A DNA stretch of 53,826 nucleotides from Nitrospirota bacterium (GCA_029858565.1 JAOUEV010000019.1:1-53826); one strand, 5' to 3'. Numbered from the stretch's first letter, positions 29,634 to 40,385 are shown. The notes: generated from the sequence alone by a model not told the origin. A program made the numbers and translations.

Positions 29634-30749
29634 TCAATATGCTACATAATCAACGAGAACGATCATATATTCCTGTGAGGCTTCGCCTCCGTTCCCATCA
29701 CTGACCGAGAGCTTTACCGTAATCTCATTTCTTCCCGTGTACATGACCCCCTTGGGAACGGTCCATTGAATGAGGCCTGTTGATGGATCGATCGTCATGC
29801 CTGACGGTCCCCGTTCCAGCCGGAACTCCAAGTGATCTCCATCGGGATCCCGGGCGGCAACCTGGTAGGTATGCACACCGTTCACAACCGAATCAGGCGC
29901 AGACGACTCAATGACTGGAACAGAGTTGCCGAAACCTGCCGGTTTTGAAACGACCGGGCCTGCTGCCGCGGTTCCGTCGAAACAGACCACTGCTACGGTG
30001 ACGATATCCTGTTTCCGGAGCCCCGTTGTCTGAAGCGAGGCGTTCGGCGATGCGGGCCCGGATACACGTCCGTTTACGCTCCATTGGTACTCACAGGACA
30101 ATGCGTCGCCGTCCGGATCACTGGCTGCTGAAGCCGCAGACAGCGGCGATCCCAGGACGGCGTTCTGCGGTTCGATCGTGACCGACGAGACGATCGGCGG
30201 TAGATTGCCGACGGTCAGCGGCTGCGTTGCATATGTTTCACCGTTCCCGCCGTCATCGGAAGGCGTTATTTCCACGCGAACCACATCACCTTTTCTGAAC
30301 TTCCCTGTCGGCAGCGTGCTGTCCGGCCCCTCCTGCGCGTATCCCTCGTTCACATACCAGCGGAACACATAGGAGATGGGATCTCCTTCCGGATCAATAG
30401 CGCTGTATTTCAGGTTCAGGGCGGTTTCCGCTGTCGGCTCGGCAGGCGCAATCTCCGCCATGGTCACTGCCGGCGGTTTATTTTCGGTCTGTCGCGCGGG
30501 GAGGGGTTCCTGACGGGTCTGCGGTTGCGGCGAGGGCCGGCCCGTTTCCATTCCGGCCTCCCTCCCTTGCCGAGCGGCAACGACCACGATGGTGACGGCG
30601 AGTGCGATCAAGAGAACGAAAAGCGAGATTACCTTGGGCGTAAGCCGGATCTTTGCGACACCGCCGCTGATCTGGATATCTCCGCCAGCCTCTTTGCGGG
30701 CAACATAAATCCTTTTCCTTTTAGCCGGACCGGTACGTGTTTTTGCCAT
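29634..30749 (-). CDS. Membrane-anchored protein with tandem Ig-like domains
   Basis: One TM; repeated N.PP...A.DPDGD...Y.W.VN; C-terminal putative Ig domain GPSGMTIDPSTGLIQW. Confidence 0.8.
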   Translation of the reverse strand: MAKTRTGPAKRKRIYVARKEAGGDIQISGGVAKIRLTPKVISLFVLLIALAVTIVVVAARQGREAGMETGRPSPQPQTRQEPLPARQTENKPPAVTMAEIAPAEPTAETALNLKYSAIDPEGDPISYVFRWYVNEGYAQEGPDSTLPTGKFRKGDVVRVEITPSDDGGNGETYATQPLTVGNLPPIVSSVTIEPQNAVLGSPLSAASAASDPDGDALSCEYQWSVNGRVSGPASPNASLQTTGLRKQDIVTVAVVCFDGTAAAGPVVSKPAGFGNSVPVIESSAPDSVVNGVHTYQVAARDPDGDHLEFRLERGPSGMTIDPSTGLIQWTVPKGVMYTGRNEITVKLSVSDGNGGEASQEYMIVLVDYVAY

Positions 30750-30775
30750 GCAATCCTTTTATGATCGTCCGTTCA

Positions 30776-31723
30776 TCACTTGATGGTCAGCGTCACGGGA
30801 TAGCGAACCCTGCCGCCGTGCCCGTCCTCTGCAATGATCGTGACCTGCCGTTCACCCTTGAAATCCGGCGGAACTTTCCAAGCGAGCGTTCCGGTAGCGG
30901 ACTGGATGGACAGCCCCTCGCCGGCCGATTCAAGCGAAAAGGTGACTGGATCGCCGTCAGGATCAATCGCCTGCGCCTGATAGATCAGGACATTGTCCTG
31001 GATCGTGACATTCTTATGTTCAACAAAGGATGGAGGAAAATTGCGAATCTCTCTGGTAAGGATGATCGGTTCTCCGGCATCCTGTCCGTCAAATGGAGTG
31101 ATGCGAATCGATATGGAGTCCCCTCGCTTGACCGGTATGGCGAGCTTGTACGTGTTGCCGGCAGGCTGGCCATTCCTGGTCCAGAGGTACTGGATCGAAA
31201 CCGCATCACCATCAACATCGTTTGCCCCTGCCTGGACCAGAAGATTATCACCGGGCTTGAACTCAACAGGAAGCAGCGCTACCTCGGTCAGTGAAGGAGG
31301 CGTGTTCTTGATCGTCACCTTGTTGGATGCGATTCCTTTTCCGCCTACATGAGCGATGGCATAAACTTCCGATCCGCGCGTAATATCTGCGCAGGCCAGT
31401 GAGGCCCCGGACTGGCCTGGCACAGGCTGACCATCAACAATCCACTGAATCTGCTCCGTCGGCGAGTCAAGGCCGAGCATCGTCATCTGAAGAGTAGATG
31501 CACGGTTTGCTTCTGCTGGATAGATCTCGATAGCGGCAGAGCTGGCTGAGGCAGGGGGAGCCGGCGCAACAGCTGGTTGCGCCGGCGCGGCAGCACCGGA
31601 ACCTGGTGGCCCCTGCTCGCGCGTACAGGCGGAAAACAGCAGCCACAGCGCGAAGAGCGCTATCGCAGGCTGCAGGCGCCGGTGCTCAATACTGGTACAG
31701 GACCGAGAACTTTGCGCGTTCAT
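30776..31723 (-). CDS. Ig-like domain lipoprotein, paralogue of the downstream gene
   Basis: Lipobox-like LFSAC; D.DGD repeats; GLSIQSATGTLAW; start uncertain. Confidence 0.75.
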   Translation of the reverse strand: MNAQSSRSCTSIEHRRLQPAIALFALWLLFSACTREQGPPGSGAAAPAQPAVAPAPPASASSAAIEIYPAEANRASTLQMTMLGLDSPTEQIQWIVDGQPVPGQSGASLACADITRGSEVYAIAHVGGKGIASNKVTIKNTPPSLTEVALLPVEFKPGDNLLVQAGANDVDGDAVSIQYLWTRNGQPAGNTYKLAIPVKRGDSISIRITPFDGQDAGEPIILTREIRNFPPSFVEHKNVTIQDNVLIYQAQAIDPDGDPVTFSLESAGEGLSIQSATGTLAWKVPPDFKGERQVTIIAEDGHGGRVRYPVTLTIK

Positions 31724-32375
31724 TCGTATTGGTTGCGCTCGACGACAGAATTTCCAGAGCATATAATGATGATATTTCCTGCATCTCCAGTTCGCCGGAA
31801 TTCGATACGACTCCGCTCTTGATTCTCACACCTTCGCCGACGCCTGCGCTAGTATTGCCCTGGACCGTATGGACAATCTTGCTGTACACTACATATTTCT
31901 GTCCGCTGCCCAGTTCCATCCGTATATCATAGGTCCCAGCATCATCAGGTTTTATCGTCAGGCTCGTATCACATCCGGTCCAGTTCGCGCTTCCCAGCAT
32001 GATCTTTGTTCCGAAGCCACTGTAAGCTGTGCCCGAGTCAGGCACACTTTGGCAAGTAACGCTTGTTCCAATAACAAAATTCATACCGACTGCATTCAGA
32101 TTCGCCTGAAACGCATTCAATTTTATCGAATCATTCTGCAGTTCGACGACCTGCCGAACGGCTTCCCATCCGCCGAGTGCCGCGTCCTTGGCAGTACGGT
32201 AACGCTTCTGCAAACCGCTCATTTGAGTGCTGACGGTTACCAGGTACAGCATGGTCGTCATGATCGCCAGAACAACGGCCGAGAGAACGACCACGACGAT
32301 CAACACCGCTCCCCGTTCGGAACCGGCCCCGTTCCCGTACCGTTTCCAGAACTTCCTGATTTTGACTTTCTTCAT
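31686..32375 (-). CDS. pilX: Type IV minor pilin, PilX-like
   Basis: ERG|AVLIVVVVL class III signal lacking E5; position in the cluster; start uncertain (32375 or 32390). Confidence 0.75.
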   Translation of the reverse strand: MKKVKIRKFWKRYGNGAGSERGAVLIVVVVLSAVVLAIMTTMLYLVTVSTQMSGLQKRYRTAKDAALGGWEAVRQVVELQNDSIKLNAFQANLNAVGMNFVIGTSVTCQSVPDSGTAYSGFGTKIMLGSANWTGCDTSLTIKPDDAGTYDIRMELGSGQKYVVYSKIVHTVQGNTSAGVGEGVRIKSGVVSNSGELEMQEISSLYALEILSSSATNTNERAKFSVLYQY

Positions 32376-32408
32376 GGCATTCACCTGCACTTAAAGAACT
32401 TATCCCGG

Positions 32409-33569
32409 TTATTTAAGGTTCATGGGCTTCAGCACCAGCGTATACAGCTTCCATCGATAGCGTCTCCAATCTGGAATGCCGTTGGCAGCAAAGTCGAAGT
32501 CACGACCCACGGTAAGCGCTGCGGGAGGAGGGGGAGCACCGACCCGCTCGATAGGCCGGGGATGGTCATATGTCGAATCACGCATGCCTTCCTGCGCCAG
32601 GATGTAAATCTGAACTTCCCGAATATTCCTGGTCGCCTTCGCATCCCACGCGGCCATGGCGTCAGGGGCCGCCCCCTGGTGGATAGTCTCGGCGGTGCCA
32701 TCGCTGTTATCATCACTCACAACCGCCACCTGCATGTCAGCGACGCAGTCGAGCAAGGGCAGTGGCGCATTGAAACCTGGCCCTTCCTGGCTCACTACAG
32801 CTTTATACAAGATCCCTGTACCCTGCGCACAGTTCGCAGGCAGCGATGGGGAAGAGTTGATATAAAAATCAGCCCGGTTAAAAGGCATTTTCAGAGCAGG
32901 TTTGTTATTTACATTAGGATCAACCACGAACATGAAGCTGAATTCCTGCCTTCTCGCATTAAATTGTGATCTGTTTGCGACAGTCGCAGAGAACTGACCG
33001 TTAGTGAGCGGCACCAAAATCCTCGCATCTCTGCTCCCAAGTTTATCCTTAACCATTTCCGGAGAGATGACCACTACCAGATCAGTATCCAAAAGATTCT
33101 CAGTAGGCGGATTCCAGAGATATGGCTGGTTGTCGGATTTAAAATAGGTCCATTTATCCGTTCGCTCGCTCATGGTGACATTAACTGCCTTGACCGCGAG
33201 CCGGTCCGATCCCTTCCATGCCGTGTTGTCGCCGATAACGAGGGCTCGCGGAGGATTAAAGGTGGTCCCGGTAACGTCGCTCAATGGTCCCGCCACCGTG
33301 TCGGCCGGATCCACTTCATTATACGCGATGGCTGTGCCTTCCCGCCAGTCCCAGAACAGGCCGTATCCCGCGTTCTCGACGTCCCGGCGCATCAGCTCCA
33401 GGCCAACGATGCCCTCGATGTTGCTCATGGTGATCTCGCTCTGCTGTTTATAATCCCTCAGCACTTGCACGAACATCTGCGAAGCGCCGACGATCACAAA
33501 GCCGAAGATGGCCATGACCACCAGCAGTTCGATCATGCTGAATCCCGTGTTTTTTTTGAGCGAAGCCAT
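32409..33569 (-). CDS. pilW: Type IV minor pilin, PilW-like
   Basis: TG|FSMIELLVVMAI; LMRRDVENAGY. Confidence 0.8.
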   Translation of the reverse strand: MASLKKNTGFSMIELLVVMAIFGFVIVGASQMFVQVLRDYKQQSEITMSNIEGIVGLELMRRDVENAGYGLFWDWREGTAIAYNEVDPADTVAGPLSDVTGTTFNPPRALVIGDNTAWKGSDRLAVKAVNVTMSERTDKWTYFKSDNQPYLWNPPTENLLDTDLVVVISPEMVKDKLGSRDARILVPLTNGQFSATVANRSQFNARRQEFSFMFVVDPNVNNKPALKMPFNRADFYINSSPSLPANCAQGTGILYKAVVSQEGPGFNAPLPLLDCVADMQVAVVSDDNSDGTAETIHQGAAPDAMAAWDAKATRNIREVQIYILAQEGMRDSTYDHPRPIERVGAPPPPAALTVGRDFDFAANGIPDWRRYRWKLYTLVLKPMNLK

Positions 33570-33571
33570 AG

Positions 33572-33997
33572 CTACGATCTCCCCAGTATACTGGTCACCG
33601 CATGGGTGTAGGTCTGCCCCCGGTACTGCCAGGATACGGTCACCTCAATTTGCTTGGCGGTTAAATCGGGAGCCGTTCCCAGGTCGGTGACCGTTCGCTG
33701 GACCGTATAGGACACCTGGTATCCCCGCAAGGAACGAAGAACCGTAGTAGGCGCTTTAACGCCGGCGGTCAGTTCCGATGCCATCAGACTCTGAGTAAAG
33801 GCGAGGGCGCGCATGGCGTTTACAGTCTCCTCGGCGACACGCAGAGCCTCCTCGCGCAGTTGATTGGTCGTTGTCTGCCGATAGGCAATGAGCGATGACT
33901 GGAGGATGGCCAGCGACACGATCGCAAGCAGGAGGATCGCGATCAGCACCTCGATGAGCGAGACGCCCTTGCTATTTCGCAATACAGTCTGTCCCAT
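33572..33997 (-). CDS. pilV: Type IV minor pilin, PilV-like
   Basis: KG|VSLIEVLIA; IEVTVSW. Confidence 0.8.
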   Translation of the reverse strand: MGQTVLRNSKGVSLIEVLIAILLLAIVSLAILQSSLIAYRQTTTNQLREEALRVAEETVNAMRALAFTQSLMASELTAGVKAPTTVLRSLRGYQVSYTVQRTVTDLGTAPDLTAKQIEVTVSWQYRGQTYTHAVTSILGRS

Positions 33998-34499
33998 TCC
34001 ATTTCCCCGTGACAACTCTGATTTCCGATATCTGCACACAGTCATACTCCCCGCTGTCCTTGATCGGGATGGTCAAACGCACTGTTCCTGTCTGGTCCGC
34101 TGTGATCAGCCCCTTTGCGCTTATTTGTATCGTATTTACCGCACCCGACCACACAAGGGGAAATCTCGGGTCAAGCTGGCGCTGCAGGAACTGGGTATCG
34201 GCTGCCCCCAGGCTCCCGTCACCGTCAGGTCCCGTACTCGTATCCTCTGTAATGGTATAGGATGTCGCAGCGAACTGGATGAAGTGAATCCTGTTCCTCT
34301 GCGTTGCCCGGGCCCTCGCCTGCAGGAGGTCGGAATGAAGGCTCTTGATCTCTCCTTCCACCGTGTACCGGTCCATCATCGTCCGCGTCTGGAGCGCGGC
34401 AATGGCCAGCAGGGTGCCGATGATCGCGATCACGACGAGGAGCTCTGCCAGCGTAAATCCGTTCGCAATTATCCGTCCATGGTCATATTTCGTCGTCAT
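33972..34499 (-). CDS. fimU: Type IV minor pilin, FimT/FimU-like
   Basis: NG|FTLAELLVVIAIIG; LHSDLLQARARA. Confidence 0.75.
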   Translation of the reverse strand: MTTKYDHGRIIANGFTLAELLVVIAIIGTLLAIAALQTRTMMDRYTVEGEIKSLHSDLLQARARATQRNRIHFIQFAATSYTITEDTSTGPDGDGSLGAADTQFLQRQLDPRFPLVWSGAVNTIQISAKGLITADQTGTVRLTIPIKDSGEYDCVQISEIRVVTGKWNGTDCIAK

Positions 34500-34508
34500 C
34501 AGGATTAC

Positions 34509-37500
34509 CTATCGTTCCTTGATATGGACAACTTTACGCGCTGCCCGGGGTGATGCCATGATCGACAATCCCTGCGCCGACGGCGGAACGCCGGTGATGC
34601 CCGCCGATTTTCTGCCGCCGCTCTCGACAAATGCCGCAGAAAGATCGATCTGTTCGATGCTTCCTGTGGAAACCTGGATTATTGCCTTGCCTTTGAGCAA
34701 TCCGATGGGTGACGCGCCGGTATCGTACTTCATCGCCCAGAGATGGGTCTTACCACCCATCTGGCAGGCATCGTTGTAAGGCCGGAAGCTCGTGAAATAG
34801 ACAATGCCGGTCGAACTGGCAAAGGGGTCGGTGATCGACCGTTCTCCGCGATATTCCTTGGTCTCTCCGGTCGTAGAATCGGTGTATGAACCCGCCTTGT
34901 CCATATTGATATACCATCCAGGGTAGTCCGTGGGAGGAGTTGCATTCTTCAGGTCCTCTGCCGCGTTCACATCGGTTGTTACGTTAATGAGCCCCGATGG
35001 TGTACCGCAGGCTGTAGTGCCGATCGGATCCCCGCAAAAGAGCGTGGAATCATTTGTTCCGCAGGTTGTTTTGAATCCGCTTTTATCCGCAATCAGGCAT
35101 CTCTCCTTCAAGGCAAAGAGCTGGCGGCCATTGGGCGGGTCGGCATCATCAGCCTCGCCGCCCTTGTCAAAGAAGTACCTGCCCGAACCGAAATAGAGCC
35201 ACAGGTTATTATTCTTGTCAGTCAACTTGGCAATCGCTGAGGTAAGAGGCCCCGTACCTCGCATCACATAGGACAAATCCCAGTTACTCGGATTCGTATT
35301 CTCATGGGTCACGAGCCTGACCAGTCCGCCAATATTGTATTCACCTGTACTGAACTGTTTGTACACATAGGGCACATAGACCACATCATCTGAGTAGTCC
35401 AGGTCCACATCATGCGTACCGTTCAGCAGGGAGCCAACGAAAGCGTTCGGTATCAGAAGATCGCCTGTGGCGGAGCTCTCGCCTTTCCATGTGATGCCTG
35501 AGGATGGCCCCAGTTCCAGATCGAAAATGGCGAGGCGCAGCTGCTGGTCAGACTTGGCGAGATACTGCGCGCTCCCCTTGTCGATCGGACCGGTGGGTCC
35601 GGAGCCGAAGACAACAAACCACTTCCCGTTCAGGAGCGGAGTCTGCGTGCCCCCGGCGGTTTTGGTGCTGATGCGCACCACTGCAGGCCCGCTTGTAGAG
35701 AATCCGAGCTTGTTCATATTGGCTGCCGCCGGGTCGGTCCCGTCGAATTCCCATTTCAAGACTGGCACGTCCTGGTTCGTGATATCAAGAGCAAAATAGG
35801 ACGAGTATCCAAGACCTTTTGTCGCTGTCGCATCGTCGGGATCGACCATCGGTGTCTTTACGCAATTGGAACAGGTGTCAGAAGGCGCCCTGCATGCTCC
35901 TCCCAGCCTCATGCCGCCGATCAGGAAAGTCTTCCAGGAGTTCGAGTTCTTGAAACAGAACGAATAATCGCTCGATGCAGCACAACCAACTGTGCTCGCG
36001 TCAAAGATCACCGGGGTCAGATCAACGCCGTACACATGGCAGTAGTTGGGATCCATCATGTACCTGAGATAAGGCAGCATGTTCTTGGGAATGAATGCCC
36101 AGGCTTCCTCGCCCAGTTTCACCGTCTTCTTACAGGTCTCCCCGCCGGGGCAGTGAGCATCATCACTACACAGAACATAGCTGTAGTTGCCCGAGCAAAC
36201 ACTGTTCGTAAGCTTTGCCATCTCGTACTTGGTATCCTGTAGCGGCCATTTCAGCTGCAGCAGGCCGAGCCGGAAGGCATGGAGCATGCCATCGTTCGAG
36301 CCCACATAGACCATCCCCCTGCCCTTGTAGTTGTACTTTGTCACATAGTACTTGCTACTCACCGGCTCGGACTGTAAGGGACGCAGTCCCGGAGGACCAT
36401 AGGTGTTCTCGATGTATCCGGGCGGGCTGCCGTTGTACACCAGATGATAATCGTTCAAGGGCTGCCAGGACGCTATCCTCGGCGTGGAATTCAGCACGTC
36501 GCCGAGCTTCCAGGTGCCCGTCTGGAGCACGCCGCCGTCCAGTACACTTGCCGTCCGCCGCCGAAAGGAAGTGTAGGTATAGGGTTGGCCGTTGGAAAGA
36601 GTGACCGTAGGCTTGTCATTGCCCAGTGTCCAGTCGATGATTGCGTAGGAATAGTTGTCCGTTGTTGTCTGCAGATATTTCCTCAATGAGGTTTTCGCTC
36701 CGGTATTGAATGGCGTGAGCGAAGTCCCGTTTGTAGTCGTCCATACGGTCCGTGTTGTCTGGCTGAGAAGACGGGTTCCTGCCTCCCAGAGGTTCATAAC
36801 CTTTTCCACTTTGTCCGTAGCCGGAGTGGGCTGTCCTTCGTTGACAATGCTTCCGTCGCCGTTGCTGTCATTGTAACGCCGCAGCATGGCGGCCTGCTTG
36901 GCCTCATCAAAAAAGAACTGCGTAATATAGTCGTGATGGGAGCCGTCCGTTTTGAGATATAGGACTTTATCACTTTCATCTTCACGAATATTGCTGTTCG
37001 AGAACAGCGGGTCCACATAGTACCACATGTTCGAAAGCCTGCCCATCCAGGAGACCCGGTAGGGATTGGTCGGTTTGGAAGGATTCTCGAATTCCTTGAC
37101 CGGATAGAACACCGCCTGCACCAGGTTCGCGCCGCTGCCTTCGCCCGACGCCAGCACCGACGCGGCGGTACCAGAAACCGTGTCCGCAGAGATCGAATCA
37201 AAGAATACCTGCAGCTCCTGCTGCAGCTTTACAGGGTTGGTCGCTTTCGCCATCGTTGATCCGCCGTTCGTTGCTGTTTTGCTCAGAAGCGTCTCGGAAT
37301 TGCAATCGCCGGTCCCGTTGTTCGATGATCCGGTGAACGCGACGAAGGTGTTGATCTTCTTGTACCGTGAGATACCCGTGGGCGCCGGCGACGACTTCGA
37401 GCCCAGGGCGAACGACGTGATGTCGTATTTGTTCGCCAGATACGACAGGTCGTCGAGGTTCTGGCTTCCTGAATAGAACTGCTCCGTTGCAGTGTCAGCG

Positions 37501-40070
37501 CACACACCGATGGTCGCTGATGGCGAAAAATAGGTATTCACCAGTCCATTCACCGAAGAGTTCATGTCCGCAGTCGACATACCGTCCGTCAGGAGCAGTA
37601 ACGCGTTCCGCTGGCAGGGATATTCCGACGGATTCAGGTCCCCTCGGAAGTCATCTATGTTCAGACGCAGATCGGTCCTGCTGTTGGCGCCTGCGCCGGT
37701 CACCGGATCGGGGTTGGCCTTTGCAAAATAACCGATCGCGTTGTAGAACGCCTCGGCAAAAGGCGTCCAGGAGGTCGCATTCACATCATCAATACTCTTG
37801 ATCAATCCTGCGCTGTGATCGCCCGCCCCGTCGGTGATGCAGACCTCGTTGGCTAAACAGTGGTAGGAAGTGGCGCACTTCGTGGTATTCGGATTGACGC
37901 ACACGTTGTTGTAGCATTTTGCATGCCCTGCTGCTGTACATTCCGCATCGGAATCGCATATTGTCGTGGTCTTGACGTTGCAGGTCCCGTAGCCGACATA
38001 ATGGATGACCTTTGCTCCGTCGCGGTTCTCGGTCCCGCTGGCCAGGAGATCACAGGTCCCGTAACCTCCGGACGCCGTGAGAGGACAATCGTACTTGGTG
38101 GAGCAATATATGGGCTTCGCGGGATCCGGCGACGTGGAACACTTTCTGGGACAGGGTATCTGTCCGGACGGTGTCGGAACGGTGGTTGTACATTCGGTAG
38201 GCGACCCGTTCACGCTGAACGTCATTGCTCCCATGCGGATGATGTCATCATAGCTCTGGATGAGACCCTTTGGTTCTTCCGCGGTCTTGACCTGCACCTT
38301 CATGGTCTTGATCGGTTTCCCGAGCTGAACCTGCACGCTGATGTCGCCCACGATCGCGGGGAGATTGCCGAACTGAGTTGTATCGGAGGTGCTGTTGCTG
38401 GGGTCCACGACCGGCGGCGCCGTTGTTTCCTCGCAGAATTTGACATGCTGGTCTTGTATGCAATTTTCATCAGCGCTCAGGTTCGGGTTGACCGTATTAT
38501 CAGCACCGACGCCAAGGGCGTCCCACCAGATGGTAGTCTCCCAGCCTGTCGTTGTCTTGGCGCACAGGCCTGCATAGTTAGTGTTGCAGAGATAGGCCGG
38601 ATTCCCCGGCAGAATCGCGCTCGGTCCTTTTTCACACAATTCACCGCTCGTTCCGCAGTCTACATTTACCAGGCAATCCTGTCCTACTTTGGCGCCGCTC
38701 GTGCACACCTTGGTAGGCATGCCGGCATAGATGTCCGTGCAGAAGTTTTTGACCGCAATTACATCGTCCTGGCTGATCTTTGTTCCAGACGTATAGGCCC
38801 AGCAGGCCTGGATCGACTGGTTGAAGATCGCCTTCTGCTTGGATTCCACGCTTGGATCCATCGTCACCGCGCAGGGTCCCACATTGTACGAAGCGCAGGC
38901 GTTATCATTCGTGCAGGACTGGGGAGCGGAGATGAGGTAAGTGCAGGTGCCCTCGGTCGCACCGCAGGGTTCAGCAAGGGAGCAGGCTTTCGTGATATTC
39001 AAGGAACAGGTGTAGTACGTAAGGGGCGAGGAACATTGTTTCACCGCCGTCTTGCCACTGCCGCTGGTCACGCAGGTACCCAGATTGACCGTGCAATCAG
39101 CATCAGTCGTGCATATCATATCGGGTTTACTGGAGCAGTGGCCGGTGGTTGTGGTGACCGTGCCGAGGCAGGCCTTCAGTGCGTTCTTGATGTCTCCGAG
39201 GTTGTTGCTGCTGTATGCATCAACGACCGACTGGCAAACGCTCTCGTTGTAATTTCCCAGGAAAATATCAATGGACGTCAGACCGCCGGAAGATGGCGCA
39301 GTAGGATTGTTCTTATCAACGGGGCCGTTGATGCCGAAGGTGATGCCGAGCGAGGTGTTCACCGCGGTCAGGTTATTGCTATAGTCAGCGGTCAAGGCCT
39401 CCTTTACGAACTTCCTTCCTACACAACCGCGAGACTCGGCAAGAAGCCACTGATCCGTAGGATTGTATTTGCCCCCCGTAAGGACCTTCTTCTGCCCGTC
39501 GAACTTCGATGCAGAGAGCCAGTTCAGGTAATTGCCCGATGCGGAAAAATGACTAAAGAATTTTGTTGCAGGATCATACATGATGCAGAGTTGGTTCGGG
39601 ATACCGTACGTGCAGCCTGCTGCGGGAAGCGACGCTATTTCATAGAAATAATCCTTTACGGGTTCGACATCGGTATAATACTCATAGAATTTGGTCTCAT
39701 CAAAATACCCGAAATAGGTATTCTTGCTGCTGAATGTCTGGTCATAGCAATAGTTGGTTGTCCGCGTAACGATGTTCTGACAGACTTCTCCGGTTTCAGT
39801 ATCACACTCTGTATTATCCTTGCAGTATTTTTTGCTCGTTGCGCAGGTTCCGAATGTCCCCAGGTCAGTATAATTAAGATCGTACATACTGGCAGAATTA
39901 TCGATGAGCATGAGCAGATTGGGCTTGATTGCTGCACCAATGAGCGGCGGTTTGATGCAGTAATCAGACATGAATGCCGCAGCATGAACGCTCGTTGTCC
40001 CGCTCAGCATGAAGATGGTTGACGCGCCCGCAAAACACCAGATCCGCATCATCAATGAGATTAGTTTCAT
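34509..40070 (-). CDS. pilY1: PilY1-family pilus tip adhesin with vWA-like region and Cys-rich inserts
   Basis: Signal peptide; PNLLMLIDNSASM and LLTDG; WKLGDVLNSTP, YVGSNDGMLHAF, EAWAFIP, GWYI (PilY1 propeller); GGAGG RBS. Confidence 0.9.
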   Translation of the reverse strand: MKLISLMMRIWCFAGASTIFMLSGTTSVHAAAFMSDYCIKPPLIGAAIKPNLLMLIDNSASMYDLNYTDLGTFGTCATSKKYCKDNTECDTETGEVCQNIVTRTTNYCYDQTFSSKNTYFGYFDETKFYEYYTDVEPVKDYFYEIASLPAAGCTYGIPNQLCIMYDPATKFFSHFSASGNYLNWLSASKFDGQKKVLTGGKYNPTDQWLLAESRGCVGRKFVKEALTADYSNNLTAVNTSLGITFGINGPVDKNNPTAPSSGGLTSIDIFLGNYNESVCQSVVDAYSSNNLGDIKNALKACLGTVTTTTGHCSSKPDMICTTDADCTVNLGTCVTSGSGKTAVKQCSSPLTYYTCSLNITKACSLAEPCGATEGTCTYLISAPQSCTNDNACASYNVGPCAVTMDPSVESKQKAIFNQSIQACWAYTSGTKISQDDVIAVKNFCTDIYAGMPTKVCTSGAKVGQDCLVNVDCGTSGELCEKGPSAILPGNPAYLCNTNYAGLCAKTTTGWETTIWWDALGVGADNTVNPNLSADENCIQDQHVKFCEETTAPPVVDPSNSTSDTTQFGNLPAIVGDISVQVQLGKPIKTMKVQVKTAEEPKGLIQSYDDIIRMGAMTFSVNGSPTECTTTVPTPSGQIPCPRKCSTSPDPAKPIYCSTKYDCPLTASGGYGTCDLLASGTENRDGAKVIHYVGYGTCNVKTTTICDSDAECTAAGHAKCYNNVCVNPNTTKCATSYHCLANEVCITDGAGDHSAGLIKSIDDVNATSWTPFAEAFYNAIGYFAKANPDPVTGAGANSRTDLRLNIDDFRGDLNPSEYPCQRNALLLLTDGMSTADMNSSVNGLVNTYFSPSATIGVCADTATEQFYSGSQNLDDLSYLANKYDITSFALGSKSSPAPTGISRYKKINTFVAFTGSSNNGTGDCNSETLLSKTATNGGSTMAKATNPVKLQQELQVFFDSISADTVSGTAASVLASGEGSGANLVQAVFYPVKEFENPSKPTNPYRVSWMGRLSNMWYYVDPLFSNSNIREDESDKVLYLKTDGSHHDYITQFFFDEAKQAAMLRRYNDSNGDGSIVNEGQPTPATDKVEKVMNLWEAGTRLLSQTTRTVWTTTNGTSLTPFNTGAKTSLRKYLQTTTDNYSYAIIDWTLGNDKPTVTLSNGQPYTYTSFRRRTASVLDGGVLQTGTWKLGDVLNSTPRIASWQPLNDYHLVYNGSPPGYIENTYGPPGLRPLQSEPVSSKYYVTKYNYKGRGMVYVGSNDGMLHAFRLGLLQLKWPLQDTKYEMAKLTNSVCSGNYSYVLCSDDAHCPGGETCKKTVKLGEEAWAFIPKNMLPYLRYMMDPNYCHVYGVDLTPVIFDASTVGCAASSDYSFCFKNSNSWKTFLIGGMRLGGACRAPSDTCSNCVKTPMVDPDDATATKGLGYSSYFALDITNQDVPVLKWEFDGTDPAAANMNKLGFSTSGPAVVRISTKTAGGTQTPLLNGKWFVVFGSGPTGPIDKGSAQYLAKSDQQLRLAIFDLELGPSSGITWKGESSATGDLLIPNAFVGSLLNGTHDVDLDYSDDVVYVPYVYKQFSTGEYNIGGLVRLVTHENTNPSNWDLSYVMRGTGPLTSAIAKLTDKNNNLWLYFGSGRYFFDKGGEADDADPPNGRQLFALKERCLIADKSGFKTTCGTNDSTLFCGDPIGTTACGTPSGLINVTTDVNAAEDLKNATPPTDYPGWYINMDKAGSYTDSTTGETKEYRGERSITDPFASSTGIVYFTSFRPYNDACQMGGKTHLWAMKYDTGASPIGLLKGKAIIQVSTGSIEQIDLSAAFVESGGRKSAGITGVPPSAQGLSIMASPRAARKVVHIKER

Positions 40071-40165
40071 AGCCCTGATTCCTCCGCGCATTCTTTCCGC
40101 TCCTGTTGAATGCCTTTATATATACCACAACCCGCAGATTTTCATGAAGAAATCCACGGAAAACA

Positions 40166-40369
40166 TCAGTTGGTCGCCGCCTCACCCATTCGAGCCTGGT
40201 TCCCACAGGAAGCGGAGGTATGGTTCTTGATTGGTTCAGCCATATTAGCGTCAAACTCATCCCAAGTATACCGATAACAGGATGAACATGATTCCCAGAC
40301 CATAGCATCAGGGTTTGGCGTGACCGTGATACCGCCGCAGTTCGGACATATTAAGATATACTTTTTCAT
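40166..40369 (-). CDS. Small zinc-ribbon-like hypothetical protein
   Basis: CPNC...CSSC pairs; lies directly downstream of a sigma54-type motif. Confidence 0.4.
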   Translation of the reverse strand: MKKYILICPNCGGITVTPNPDAMVWESCSSCYRYTWDEFDANMAEPIKNHTSASCGNQARMGEAATN

Positions 40370-40385
40370 AAGTTACAATATAATA

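Noticed and set aside
37860-40022. 720-aa plus-strand ORF and other long antisense ORFs (for example 25982-27229, 31869-32969, 48125-49315)
   Set aside because: They lie wholly opposite well-supported genes, show no motifs, and are expected shadows in GC-rich coding DNA
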